Of a stretch of DNA of 64,000 nucleotides, positions 44,273 to 57,590 are shown piece after piece. Location of the stretch: contig CM059433.1 of NCBI GenBank assembly GCA_030390025.1, positions 25,112,001 to 25,176,000 on the forward strand, written 5' to 3'. The notes beneath the pieces were generated by a model. The model was not told the origin of the DNA and searched no databases. It saw nothing but the letters and a program-made list of their open reading frames with translations. Source of the stretch: Squalus acanthias (Eukaryota). The position numbers and the translations under genes were made by a program. Position 1 is the first letter of the stretch, and each line of letters starts with the position of its first letter.

Positions 44273-44599
44273 GCAATGGTGTAACTGCTGAAGGTTGCAA
44301 GGATTTCATCCCCAAAGTTTGGGATCTGACACAGTGAAGTCGGATGTTTTTGTATTCTTGTAAACCTTCCTGCATCAACGTACTGTAATGAAAAGCGTTG
44401 TTAACTGCAAGCAGGGAGAGGTGAAACACTTAATCTGAAAAAATATCGCAATTTGGAAGAACTCCAGATTTGCTTCAATCTCTGACATTTTATATCTTAA
44501 GTGCGACAATTCAACAGTCATTATTTTTCATTGACGTAGTTTACAAACAACCTTGACAGTGTAACAATCATACATCCATTCAATATTACATTCATTATC

Positions 44600-44712
44600 A
44601 GCCAAGCCTCAGTGCTTCCACTCTCATCTCGGAGTCAGACAGCTGTGGATTCAAGCCTCACTCCAGAGATTGGAGCACAAAAACTAGGCTGGCATTTCAT
44701 TGTAGAACTGAC
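44600..44712 (+). mobile_element. Decayed tRNA-derived SINE head
   Basis: GAGTCAGA...GTGGATTCAAGCCTCACTCCAGAG, with a B-box-like segment. Confidence 0.5.
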
Positions 44713-44713
44713 C

Positions 44714-46076
44714 GTGATCACTCGGGGAGACAGTGATCACTCGGGGAGACAGTGATCACTCGGGGAGACAGTGATCACTCGGGGAGACAGTGATCACTCG
44801 GGCAGACAGTGATCACTCGGGGAGACAGTGATCACTCGGGGAGACACTGATCACTCGGGGAGACAGTGATCACTCGGGGAGACACTGATCACTCGGGGAG
44901 ACAGTGATCACTCGGGCAGACAGTGATCACTCGGGGAGACAGTGATCACTCGGGGAGACAGTGATCACTCGGGGAGACAGTGATCACTCGGGGAGACAGT
45001 GATCACTCGGGGAGACAGTGATCACTCGGGGAGACACTGATCACTCGGGGAGACACTGATCACTCGGGGAGACACTGATCACTCGGGGAGACACTGATCA
45101 CTCGGGCAGACAGTGATCACTCGGGGAGACACTGATCACTCGGGGAGACACTGATCGCTCGGGGACACACTGATCGCTCGGGGAGACAGTGATCACTCGG
45201 GGAGACGGTGACCACTCGGGGAGACACTGATCACTCGGGGAGACAGTGATCACTCGGGGAGACAGTGATCACTCGGGGAGACAGTGATCACTCGGGGAGA
45301 CACTGATCACTCGGGGAGACACTGATCACTCGGGGAGACAGTGATCACTCGGGGAGACAGTGATCACTCGAGGAGACACTGATCACTCGGGCAGACACGG
45401 ATCACTCGGGGAGACAGTGATCACTCGGGGAGACAGTGATCACTCGAGCAGACACGGATCACTCGGGGAGACACTGATCACTCGGGGAGACACTGATCAC
45501 TCGAGCAGACACGGATCACTCGGGGAGACACGGATCACTCGGAGAGACAGTGATCACTCAGGGAGACAGTGATCACTTGGGGAGACACTGATCACTCGGG
45601 CAGACAGTGATCACTCGGGGAGACAGTGATCACTCGGGGAGACAGTGATCACTCGGGGAGACAGTGATCACTCGGGGAGACACTGATCACTCGGGGAGAC
45701 ACTGATCACTCGGGCAGACACGGATCACTCGGAGAGACACTGATCACTCGGGGAGACACTGATCACTCGGGGAGACAGTGATCACTCGGGGAGACAGTGA
45801 TCACTCGGGGAGACACTGATCACTCGGGGAGACAGTGACCACTCGGGGAGACACTGATCACTCGGGGAGACAGTGACCACTCGTGGAGACACTGATCACT
45901 CGGGGAGACAGTGATCACTCGGGGAGACAGTGATCACTCGGGCAGACAGTGATCACTCGGGGAGACACTGATCATTCGGGGAGACAGTGATCACTCGGGG
46001 AGACAGTGATCACTCAGGGAGACACTGATCACTCGGGGAGACTGTGATCATTCGGGGAGACAGTGATCACTCGGGG
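44714..46076. repeat. 19-bp minisatellite (GTGATCACTCGGGGAGACA)n, about 72 copies
   Basis: Head-to-tail units with no spacers; common variants CTGATCAC and GGGCAGAC. Confidence 0.97.
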
Positions 46077-46079
46077 ACA

Positions 46080-48015
46080 TCCTTGACATCCTCCCTAAAG
46101 TGTGGTGCCCAGAATTGAACACAATCCTCCAGCTTAGGCCTAACCAGTGTATTATAAAGGTTTAGCATAAGTTTTTTGTTTTTGTGGTCTATATTTCTGT
46201 TAATAAAGCCAAGGATTCCATGTGTTTTTTAACAGCCTTCTCAACTTTTCCTGCCACCTTCAGTGATTTGTGTACATACACCCCAGATCTCTCTGTTTCT
46301 GCACCCCCTTTAAAATTGTACTATTAGGTTTATATTCCCTCTCCTCATTCTTCCTACCAAAATGTATCATTTCACACTTCTCTGTGTTAATTTTCTTCCG
46401 CCATATGTCTGCCTATTTTACCAGTCTGTCTCTGTCCTCTTGAAGTCTGTTACTATCCTCCTCATTGTTTATTACAGTTACGAGTTTCGTGTTATCTGCA
46501 GACTTTGAAATTATGCCCTGCATACCCAAGTCAAGGTCATTAATATACATCAAAAACAGCAGTGTTGTTAATACCGATACCAGGGGAACACTACTCTCTG
46601 CTTTCTGTCCCTTATCCAGTTTCATATCCATGCTGCCACTGTCTCTTTGGGCTTGAATTTTGCTAACAAGTCTATTCTATGGTATTTTGTCAAACGCCTT
46701 TTGAATATTCAGATACTCAACATCAACCACATTGCCCTCATCAACCCTTTCCATTACTTCATCAAAGCACTCGATCAAGTTAGTCAAACACGATTTGCAT
46801 TTAACAAATCCGTGCTGACTTTCATTTATTAGCCCATACTTTTCTAAATGCCAATTAATTTTGTCCCGGTTTATCGTCTCTAAAAGTTTCCCCACCACTG
46901 ACATAAAGCTGACTGGCCTGTAGTTGCCGAGTTTATCCCTCTCCCCTTTATTGAACAGTGGTGTAACATTAGCAATCCTCCAGTCCTCTGGCACCACCCC
47001 CATATCCAAGGAGGACTGGAAGATTGTGGTCAGAGGCTCCGCAATTTCCACCCTTACTTTCCTCAGTAACCTAGGATGCATCCCATCCGGTCTGGGTGAC
47101 TTTTCTACTTTGAGGACTGCCAACCTTTTAAGTACATCCTCTTTATCTATTTTTATCCTATCCAATATCGCTATTGCCTCCTCCTTTACTGCTACCTTGG
47201 CAGCATCCTCTTCTCTAGTGAAGACAGATGCAAAGTACTCATTTAGTACCTCAGCCATGCCCGCAGTCTCCACAAGAAGATCTCCTTTTTGGTCCCTAAT
47301 CAGCCCCACACTTCCTTTAACTACCCTTTTACTATTTATATGTTTATAAAAGACTTTTGGGTTCCCTTTTATGTTAATCGCTAATCTATTCTCATACTTT
47401 CTCTTTGCCCCCTCCTTTTTCCCTTTTTAAAATCTCCTCTGTACTTCCTATATTCAGCTTGTTTCTCGACTATATTATGAACCTTACAATTATCATAGGC
47501 CTCCTTTTTCTGTCTCATTTTAACCTTTATATCTTTCATCATCCAGGGAGCTTTAGCTTTGGATGCCCTTCCTTTCCCCATCATAGGAATGTGTTTACTC
47601 TATACCTGAACCATCTCCTCTTTGAAGGCCTCCCATTCTTCAATTACTGTTTTGCCTACCAATTTTTGATTCCAATCAACCTACACTAGATCCCTTTTCA
47701 ACTGACTGAAATTAGCCTTCCAGTTAAGTATTTTTATGTTTGATTGTATCATGTCCTTTTCCATAACTATTCTAAACCTGATGATATTATGATCACTGTT
47801 CCCACTGAAACATGCTCCACTTGGCCCACTTCATTCTCCAGAACTTGATCCAGCACTGCTTCCTTCCTCAGTTGGACTGGAAACACGCTGATCATGAAAG
47901 TTCTCTGTTACACATTTCAGGAATTCCTCCCCTCTTGCTCTTTACACTGTTACTATCCCAGTCTATATTAGGATAATTGAAATCCCCCATTATCACTACT
48001 CTGTAGTTCTTGCAT
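46080..48015 (-). mobile_element. CR1 LINE ORF2 fragment, decayed
   Basis: KSPRPDGMHPRLL, VPEDWRIANVTPLF, NYRPVS, QHGFVKCKSCLTNL and QKAFDKIP. Confidence 0.93.
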
Positions 48016-48203
48016 CTTCAAGTAGTTTCATACTTTATACATTATATCAACTGCACAGCCATGTTACTGAAGTCTGTTCAATCCTAACAACAGAAAATAT
48101 CTTGTTCGTTGGCAATCTGTGTGGTTCAATATATTGCTTAATTACGAAAGCATTGTGAAAGCAGGAATTGTGTACATTCTGTGGAGAACAGTGTGGAAAT
48201 ATT

Positions 48204-49046
48204 GGGGGGAATTTTTACCTGAAAAAATGGGTGGGGGTAGTTAAATTGTTAAAAATCAGATTCCTGGCCTGAACCTGCCTCCAACCCACCCACTTCAAGT
48301 TTTAATGGAGGCGGGATGGGAAGCAGAATGGGGGAGGGTGACCAACCCTCTCCCAGGAGGCAGGATGTCAATTTAAATATTACAATGAAGCTGGAAGCCA
48401 CTGCTTTAACCACCATTTTGGTTTTAATTCTATCTGGTTGGGTTTTACACACTTAGTAAAACCCAACAGTTACAGCAAGGCGAGGACTGCTGCATCCAGG
48501 AGGTAAGTGCCTTTATACATATCTCCTGGATCCAGGGTCCCTGCCTAACCCCCCCCCCCCACTGCGATTGGAGAGCTCCTCACGAGGCCTCTGACCACCT
48601 TCATGGTCCCCCCCCCACCACGATTCTCTGGTGGCCGGCCCCAATCTGCTCCATCTTCGCCTCCCCCCCACTGATGATAGCCTACCACGATCCTCTGGCG
48701 GCAGGCCACGATCTGATTCTCCATCCCCCCCTCCCCGGGTCCCACGGAGGCCGCGATCATCCTCACCTCCCCCCTCATCTCTCGCCGGCCGACACCGGCC
48801 CCCACCCGATCCTTCCCTCCCTCCTCTGCGAGGCCTAGTGCCGCAGGCCTTTCCTGCCCGCAGCCAGCCAGCCTCTCCATCTGGCTGGCTGCGGGCAGGA
48901 AACAGAGGCTTCAGATGCAAATCAGGCCCTGCCGTTAAAGTCGGCAGGTCCTGCGGGAAACCTGTTCTCCCGCGTTTCCCGCCCGCATCGGAGCCCACCC
49001 CGCCCCCCACCGCCCCCAACCCGCCTTCCCCATGAAAATCCAGTCC
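48204..49046. mobile_element. Probable GC-rich Harbinger-type MITE
   Basis: Ends AAAATCCAGTCC; the left end GGGGGGAATTTT matches imperfectly; ATT on both sides. Confidence 0.45.
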
Positions 49047-50099
49047 ATTGATCCTGTGGAGTCTGTGTGACAGGGACTCTTTAGTGAACATTTTCTAATG
49101 GGGACATTATACTTACTGTACTGTGCTGGATTGGGCAGCCGAAAGGAATGAAAGGGAATGAATGTGATGACTCCCTGAAGTTTAAATAGATGAACATTTT
49201 TAATCACTGCAAAGTTTGGGAACTACAAAAGAGGGGCAGTGGAATTGGAGGCAGGCCAGAAATTACAGACTCAGTTGAACAAAATATTCAAGTGGGCAGA
49301 ACAATGGCAGATAAAAATTTTAATGTAGAAAAGTGTAAACTTGCACATGGGAAGGAAAAAGTAGGAAAGATGTGCACTTCATGAATGGTGTTGAAATAGC
49401 TAAGGAGGAAGCTAAAAGAGACCTTGAAGCCACAGTAGACTCGGCACTAAACATGTTCAACCAAAGTGGAGCAGCAATCATTAAAGACAACAGGATGTTG
49501 AGCTACATAAGCCAAAACAATAGGATATAAGTTAGAGGAAGTAATTAGCAAACTTTTTAGTGCCCTTGTCAACTTCACCTTGACTATTGGCTGGGATATT
49601 TTTCTCAGCGACGAAGGAACTGTGCTTGCAGGTCACCTCGCTGACAGCTGCCCACACCGATTTCTCGGGCTTCTTAGTGTAGATTTGCATTAATCCAGTG
49701 TCTGATCCAGCATGGCGCCCTCTACAGGACAAGTAACAGTGAGGCTCTTCAACCAATCAGATTGAAGAATCCTCACTGAGCCACGCAGAGTCTAAACCAG
49801 GAAGTATGAAACAGGAAGTATAAGTTAGATGTTTTCCACAGTTTAATTTAAAGTAATATTCCAGGTTAATTTCTTTTTTATAAGATCTGAGGCAGCCCAA
49901 TTTAACCTACCCAGCACGGTTTGGGTCGGACGCCCACGTTACACTCTGCCCGATTTTATTCTTCGTTGACTTCAGTGGAGAGTAAAATCGGACGGAGTGT
50001 AATATGGGCGTTCGACCCGAACCCGCCCCATTCTCACAAGATGGATTCGGTAAAATCAGGGCTCTCGTTTCTAAGCTGAAAGGCCCAATGCCGGGAAAT

Positions 50100-51830
50100 T
50101 CAAGACCGTTGGAAAACGGGGTCGGGTGCCATTCAAAAAGCTCAGGCAGCACGTCAACTTCGTGCTCCCTGCTAGTTACTGTGATTGTAGCACACAGCCT
50201 AGCGAGGAACGTGCTGCTGACAGGCTGTGCGCTTAGCAGGGGGCTGAAGTTCGCGTTGCTGGAGCGAGGCTAGCTTTAATTAAAGCTAGACTGTTTCTCT
50301 TAAAGGCAGTCTTCAGCTCTTAAAGCTGAACTGCCTTCTGCAAAAAAAAATCATTCAAAACTAGGCAGTCTGTAGCTCTTAAAGCCGAACTACCTTCGGC
50401 ATATTAAAAATGGTAAAAGTGCTTCAGCACTAACACAAATGGCTCAATAGGCGTGGAAAAGGGCACCCAGGGTCTTGGATGTAGCACTCGAGCTTTGTGC
50501 AGGGGGTGAACATTGGAAGAGAGGTCCTCTACCCACAGGGAGCCTGGGGGCCCTCCAGAAAGAAGGATGTGAGACCAGATTGTCGAGGGGTCACTGCCAG
50601 TAGTGTTGCCCCCCAGGACCTGGCTCCAGTGCCCAAAGAAGTTTCATGACCTCAGACCAGTGGTCAAGGTCAGTGAATGCATCTTCAAAAGCCGTCTCCT
50701 ACCAACTGCACCACTAGCCTCACACACTGCTCAATGCACGATCCCCCCCCCTCCGCCCCCCCCCCCGCCATCACTCACCAACAATCCGTACCAAACACGA
50801 GCCACACCTCACATTCCAAGCTTCATCTCACCCCCTTGGAGGTGACGGTGCTGGCCATTCTTGGCAGGGGCATGGCTGAGCCAGCGGCAGGGCTGAAAGA
50901 ACACAAGATGCCGGTATCCTCATACATTATCCTCCTCACATCCCACTTCCCCCTCATCCCATAATCTTCTCTGCACACTCAAGCTGAACATGGCGTATGC
51001 ATGCCCCCCTCCCCTCACCACAACCCTCCCCTTGTGCCTTCATCGTTTCAGACTCCCAAGAAATCCAGCCTGCCCAGCCAGTGGTTGACCAAGCAGAGGG
51101 AGAGGAGAGTGAAGAAGAAGAAGAAACACCGTCACTCAATTTCACACTCCCAGCCACCAGCTCCTCGAGGTCATCCTGCAAGGCCATCTGCAGTGTCCCC
51201 CACTGAAAGTCAGCAGCCTTCCGCAAGCCATGCTGCAGCCACTGGGGTAGCACTGTGTAAGAGCACTAGGATAGGCAAAGACACATGTAAGACACTCACT
51301 TAGGGAATGCACAAGGGTGATTAGTTGATTTATTGATGTAATATTGGATAAAGTTGGATTGAAAAATTTGCTTTGTGGCGGCTTTTATTGCAGCATTGTT
51401 TTAGGCGCAATCCCTGCATACTTTAACAACTTTTTAAATGTACTGCACCAAGCCACTACTCCAATATAATGTAAAGGAACCAGTCCAAAAGCTACAATCG
51501 AAACTTACCTGAAAGATGTGTGTGTCCCTTTAAGAAGCGCTGGCAGTGTCTCAGTTGTACTGCTGCACACACGTTCTTCTGTGCGTGGTTTGGAGAGGGC
51601 GGTATCCTGAGTGGCCGAATCCAAAATCGCAGTCGTGCGTCAGTTCAGGCGTTGCACGCCAACTGACGTCACGATCTGCACATTTGCATGTTGGAGGCGA
51701 GCACAGGCAACGGTAGCACTAATGACCTCCCCAAAATGGCGGCCGCCATATTCTGCGCTGGAAGGGAGGCGGCCGCCATTTCTGCAGCAAAGCCGGCCTT
51801 AATGTCCGGCGCTACACCTTTGAATTTCGC
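50100..51830 (+). mobile_element. Non-autonomous Harbinger derivative with a decayed Myb/SANT gene
   Basis: PRTWLQCPKKFHDL..VK|gtcagt; colinear with 31250-33400. Confidence 0.6.
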
Positions 51831-52559
51831 AACCATAGTTGCTAATCTGAAGCTCCATATCAAAACCCCAGTGAACAAAGATAAAGGTTGTTCTAGATTA
51901 ATGATTTTCTGTCAGGCTGGAGATTGAGAACTAAGGGCTGAGTCATGACTAGATGACTCATTCTGATTGCCTTGGCATTTCAGAGCCTCTTAGCTTTGTT
52001 CTGTTTCAGAAACAAGATTAATTCAATTGAAAGAGTTCAACAAAAGCACTGAAGGTTTTGAACAGAATCAAAAAGGAACGAGTGAGTAAATACACAAAAA
52101 ATCAGCACGAGGCAGTAGGAGTCTGAGAATGGATGTTGTGAGCCAGAGCACAACAGGAACATGGGCTGAAACTGCCAAGAACATAAATGAAGAGCAGCTA
52201 ACAATGAGACAGAAAGGAAAGAACCTGTGCAATGCTGAGGTAGAGACTGTTTAGTTGGGAAGAATGTCAAAGTAAATGCAGGTCTGACTTATCTCTGTGA
52301 ATGGCAGCAGTGTACATGTGTAAAAGGCTGGTTTGTATTTGTGCTGTCAGTGACCTGTCAATGGCTTCCCTCTATGGTCCTGAATGTTTGTAGCTCATTT
52401 AAATTATTATTTTATGAAAGGTGGATTAAAAAGATGGAGCCCAATTTTTAACAGTGTTGTGTGAGGAATCAAAATGCCGTTACTGGTGGTGTATTGTTGA
52501 ACTATTGTGATCCTGGTTTTTCTTTTTTTCCTGCTATTTTCCTCCCCTCCGACTCCCCC

Positions 52560-55500
52560 TAACGAAGAGGGGGGGCGGGGGGGGGGGAGTGGGGGAACTG
52601 AAAGCAGTAGTAATATTACATTGGCGTTGGGGCCCCTTCTGTTCCTAATAACATTAATGTCAGAAATTCAAGGCAAACCCATCAAATTTAGAGAGCAAAT
52701 AATAAAAATGACAACAGAGAAGGTCATAGACTTAGGTAGCAGTGGGGAAATTAAAAACCAGAGTGTGTCAGGAAGGGGCAGAAGGTATGGAGTAAAAGGT
52801 AAAGTAATAAAAAGGGCAAAAGCAGGAACTAAGTGTCACAAAACATATTTGAAAGTTCTCTATCTGAATGCATGTAGCATTCATAACAAAATAGACGAGT
52901 TAATGGCACAAATAACTACATATGGGTATGATCTTGTGGCCATTACAGAAACATGGCTGCAGGGTGACAATACCTGGGAATTAAACATACCAGGTTATTT
53001 AACGATCAGGAAGGACAGGCAGGAAGGAAGGGGAGGTGGGGTGGCTATGTTAATAAAGGAAGGAATCACTGTAATACAGAGAAATGATATTGGGTCAAAA
53101 AATCAGGATAATGAAACAGTTTGGGTGGAGATAAGGAATAATAAGGGGAAAAAACCACTAGTGGGCGTAGTCTATAGGCCTCCGAATAGTTGCAACTCTG
53201 TTGGACGGAGTATCAATCAGGAAATAGTTGAGGCTTGTAATAAGGGAACAGCTATAATTATGGGGGATTTTAACTATCATATTAATTGGACAAATCAAAT
53301 TGGGCAGGGCTGCCTTGAGGATGAGTTCATTGAATGTATTAGGGATGGGTTTCTTGAGCAGTATGTAACTGAACCGACCAGGGGGCAAGCAACCTTAGAT
53401 CTGGTCCTGTGTAACGAGACAGGATTAATTAAAAATATCCTAGTAAAGGATCCCCTTGGAATGAGTGACCATAACATGGTTGAATTCCATATTCAATTAG
53501 AGGGTGAGAAGGTTGGATCTCAAACAAGCGTGCTAAGCTTGAATAAAGGAGACTATGAAGGTATGCGAGCGGAATTTAGTAGAGTGGATTGGGAAAATAG
53601 ATTAAAGGGTAAGACGATACATGATCAGTGGTGTACATTTAAGGAGTTATTTTACAACTTCCAAAAAAAATATATTCCACTGAGAAGAAAAGGGTGTAAA
53701 AGAAAAGACAGTCATCCGTGGCTAAGTAAAGAAATTAAGGATAGTATTTGACTAAAAACAAAGGCTTATAAGGTAGCCAAATCTAGTGGGAGGATAGAGG
53801 ATTGGGAAAACTTTAAAAGACAGCAAAAAATAACAAAAAGATTGATTAAGAAAGGGAAGATAGATTATGAAAGTAAATTAGCAAAAAATATAAAAACAGA
53901 TAGTAAGAGTTTTTATAGTTATATAAAAAGAAAAAGGGTGGCTAAAGTAAATGTTGGTCCCTTAGAGGATGAGACCGGGAAATTAATGGTGGGAAATATG
54001 GAGATGGAAAATACACTGAATGAATATTTTGTATCAGTCTTTACAGTAGAGGACACTAAGAATATCCCAACACTGGACAAACAGGGGGCTATGGGGGGGA
54101 GGAGCTAAACACGATCAAAATCACTAAGGAAGTGGTACTCGGTAAAATAATGGGACTCAAGGCGGATAAATCACCTGGACCTGATGGCTTACATCCTAGG
54201 GTCTTGAGGGAAGTGGCGGTAGGGATTGTGGATGCATTGGTAATAATTTTCCAAAACTCCCTGGACTCAGCAAAGATCCCGGCAGACTGGAAAACTGCTA
54301 ATGTAACACCCTTATTTAAAAAGGGCAGTAGACAGAAGGTTGGAAACTATAGACCGGTTAGCCTAACATCTGTGGTAGGTAAAATTTTGGAGTCCATTAT
54401 TAAGGAGACAGTAACGGGACATTTTGATAATCATAATTTAATAGGACAAAGTCAGCATGGTTTTATGAAGGGGAAGTCATGTTTGACAAATTTGCTGGAG
54501 TTCTTTGAGGAAGTAACACACAGGGTGGATAAAGGGGAACCAGTGGATGTGGTGTATTTAGACTTCCAAAAGGCATTTGACAAGGGGCCACACAAAAGAT
54601 TATTGCTTAAGATAAAAAATCACGGGATTGGGGATAATATTCTGGCATGGATAGAGGATTGGCTATCTAACAGAAGGCAGAGAGTTGGGATAAATGGTTC
54701 ATTCTCAGACTGGCAATCAGTAACTAGTGGTGTTCTGCAGGGGTCAGTGCTGGGTCCCCAACTCTTAACAATCTATATTAACGATTTGGAGGAGGGGACC
54801 GAGTGTAACATATCAAAGTTTGCAGATGATACTAAGATGGGAGGGAAAGTAGTGGGAGAGGAGGACATAAAAAATCTGCAAGGGGACATAGACAGGCTAA
54901 GTAAGTGGGCAGAGATTTGGCAGATGGAATACAATACTGGAAAGTGTGAGGTTATGCACTTTGGCAGGAAAAATAGTAGAGCAAGTTATTATCTAAATGG
55001 CAAGAAACTGGAAAGTACTGAAGTACAAAGGGATCTGGGGGTCCTGGTGCATGAAACTCAAAAGGTTAGTATGCAGGTGCAGCAAGTGATTAAGAAGGCC
55101 AATGGAATGTTGGCTTTCATTGCTAAGGGGATAGAATATAAAAATAGGGAGGTATTGCTTCAGTTGTACAAGGTATTGGTGAGACCGCACCTGGAATACT
55201 GCATACAGTTTTGTTGTCCATACTTAAGAAAAGACATACTTGCTCTGGAGTCAGTACAAAGAAGGTTCACTCGGTTAATCCCGGGGATGAGGGGATGGAC
55301 ATATGAGGAGAGGTTGGGTAGATTGGGACTCTACTCATTGGAGTTCAGAAGAATGAGAGGCGATTTTATTGAAACATATAAGATTGTGAAGGGGTTGGAT
55401 CGGGTGGATGCGGGGAGGATGTTTCCGATGATGGGTGAAACTAGAACTAGGGGACATAGTCTTAGAATAAGGGGCTGCTCTTTCAAAACTGAGATGAGGA

Positions 55501-55885
55501 GGAACTACTTCACTCAGAGGGTGGTAGGTCCATGGAATATGCTGCCACAAAAAGCTGTAGAAGCTACATCATTACATAAATTTAAAACAGAAATAGACAG
55601 TTTCCTAGAAGTAACGGGAATTAAGGGTTACGGGGAGCGGGCAGGAATTTGGACATGAGTCTAGGTTCGGATCGGTCATGGCCCTGTGGGTAGCGTAGCG
55701 GGCCCAGGGGCCGTGTAGCCTGATCCTGCTCCTATTTCGTGTGTCCAATTCTATTAGGTTCAGGAGATGGTTCTGTGATAGTAGATTGGCGGTTAGGATC
55801 AGATCAGCCATGATCTTACTGAATGGCGGAGCAGGCTCGAGGGGCCAATTGGCCTACTCCTCCTATTTCTTATGTTCTTATGTTC
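52560..55885 (+). mobile_element. CR1 LINE with near-complete ORF2 (APE endonuclease plus RT), inactivated
   Basis: YLNACSI, AITETWL, VVYRPPN, IMGDFN and SDHN (APE); YLDFQKAFD and KFADDTK (RT). Stop at 53749 and frameshift near 54100; TTCTTATG tail. Confidence 0.96.
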
Positions 55886-56222
55886 AAAGGTGAAGGGAAC
55901 TGGAGGTTAATACATATTGGTACAGGAAGCAAAGATTGTGTGTATACAATGTTGGGTCCTATTTTTAAGTAGGCTAGGAGAACTTGTTTCGTTCTCATCG
56001 AATCCTTTAAGTGCTTCCCTTTTAAATGGTAAAATTATACAACGATGAATACTATTTTAAGCAGGTCAATAAATTGAGTAATTGAGGAATTGGGCTAAAC
56101 CCAAATCCTGTCTTCAACAAGCACCTCCCTTAAAGGGGAGATCACCATCAAAATTACAATACCATGAAAGTGTGTTATTTTATGTAAGCTGGTGCGAACT
56201 GCGGTTTTGAGTTAAACACAAT

Positions 56223-57121
56223 GGGGGAGAAATTCAGTATCGTCCCATTTAGGGCGCAATTATCGGCCGGGCGCAAAGATTAGCGCGTGGCACTAATTAT
56301 CGGCTCCGACTGCAAACTTGGCTTTTATCGCCCCTGCAGGTGATTGGTGCACTAAATCAGGCGCTACACATCTGTCTTAAGGCGCAAAGGCCGAGGAGCG
56401 AGGCGCTAACTCAGAGCGCTGGCGAAGCTCATGTGATGTCAGTCAGCAATGGAACACAGACAAAATGGTGCCAGCCAGTTCTTAAAGGGGAGGGTTGATC
56501 TTGCTTTCCATCCACATCCTGCTCATTGCAGCCTTGAATCTCGGCTTGGAGAGACCTGTACATCAAATCTGCTGGAAAGAACAATGGAGATGACCAGGGT
56601 AAGAGCTCAGAGTGCAGCCCCCACAGTCTCTTCTAAATCGATACAAGGAAGGGCAAATCAAAATGAACCTGCAAAGTGCTGCTCAGTACCAAAAACTCCT
56701 TCACACAGCGTTGAATCTCTCCAGAAGTCTCTCTCTCTCTCTCTCTCTCTCAGAATGAATGTTTCAAAAATGTCACCAACAAAAAAAGGCAGGAAGCGGT
56801 CGCCTTTAAATAGCGCTCCCCCAGTCCCTTCCCGACTGCAAAACGCTCCCCTCAACCTGTCGTTGCTAGCGGCAGGCAGTAAGGCAGGGGGCGCCACTCA
56901 ATATCCGCTCCGGGGTGCTACTCGGGCGTTGCGCACTCAACTGACGTCACGATCTGCCGGCGCAGGAGATCGTGACGGTAGTGTTTAGCGCTGCCGCAAA
57001 ATGTCTAGTTAATTTCGCGAGCGGCGCAAACATCGCTGCGCCCGGGCGCTAGTTGCTTTGCGCCCCATTAGCGCCCTCTTAAGGCGCTAACGGGAGGCGC
57101 AACCAACTGAATTTTTCCCCC
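56223..57121. mobile_element. Harbinger-type MITE, inverted copy of 764-1626
   Basis: GGGGGAGAAATT...AATTTTTCCCCC with AAT on both sides. Confidence 0.88.
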
Positions 57122-57289
57122 AATGTGATTGAACAAGTGCCACTCTTTAAAGGGGTGACACCGTAAAAATTCCAGTAAGGGATTGGCCCATCCAAACTAG
57201 GTTTAAACAAAACAAATTAAAAAAAACAACTAATGTCATACAGCAATGGACCATATTTTAAATAGATTTATGAGGCTTGTGGATTAAAA

Positions 57290-57590
57290 AAAAAAATTAT
57301 TTCATGGGATGTGGGTGTCGCTGGCAAGGCCAGCATTTATTGCCCTTCCCTAGTTGTCCTTGAGAAGGTGGTGGTGAGTCGCCTTCTTGAACCACTGCAG
57401 TCCGTGTGGTGATGGTACTCCCACAGTGCTGTTAGGGAGGGAGTTCCAGGATTTTGACCCAGCGATGATGAAGGGACGGCGATATATTTCCAAGTCAGGA
57501 TGGTGTGTGACTTGGAGGGGAACTTGGAGGTGGTGGTGTTCCCATGCGCCTGCTGCCCTTGTCCTTCTCGGCGGTAGAGGTTGTGGGTTT
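57290..57590 (-). mobile_element. LINE 3' fragment (CR1/L2 group)
   Basis: Same sequence as 39497-39825. Confidence 0.7.

Noticed and set aside
44714..46076. CRISPR-like array
   Set aside because: The units are contiguous with no unique spacers, there are no cas genes, and the context is eukaryotic.
56449..56988. Similar ORFs in two places (also 1077-1400) suggesting a conserved gene
   Set aside because: They are explained by two copies of the same MITE; the frames diverge at a CT microsatellite.
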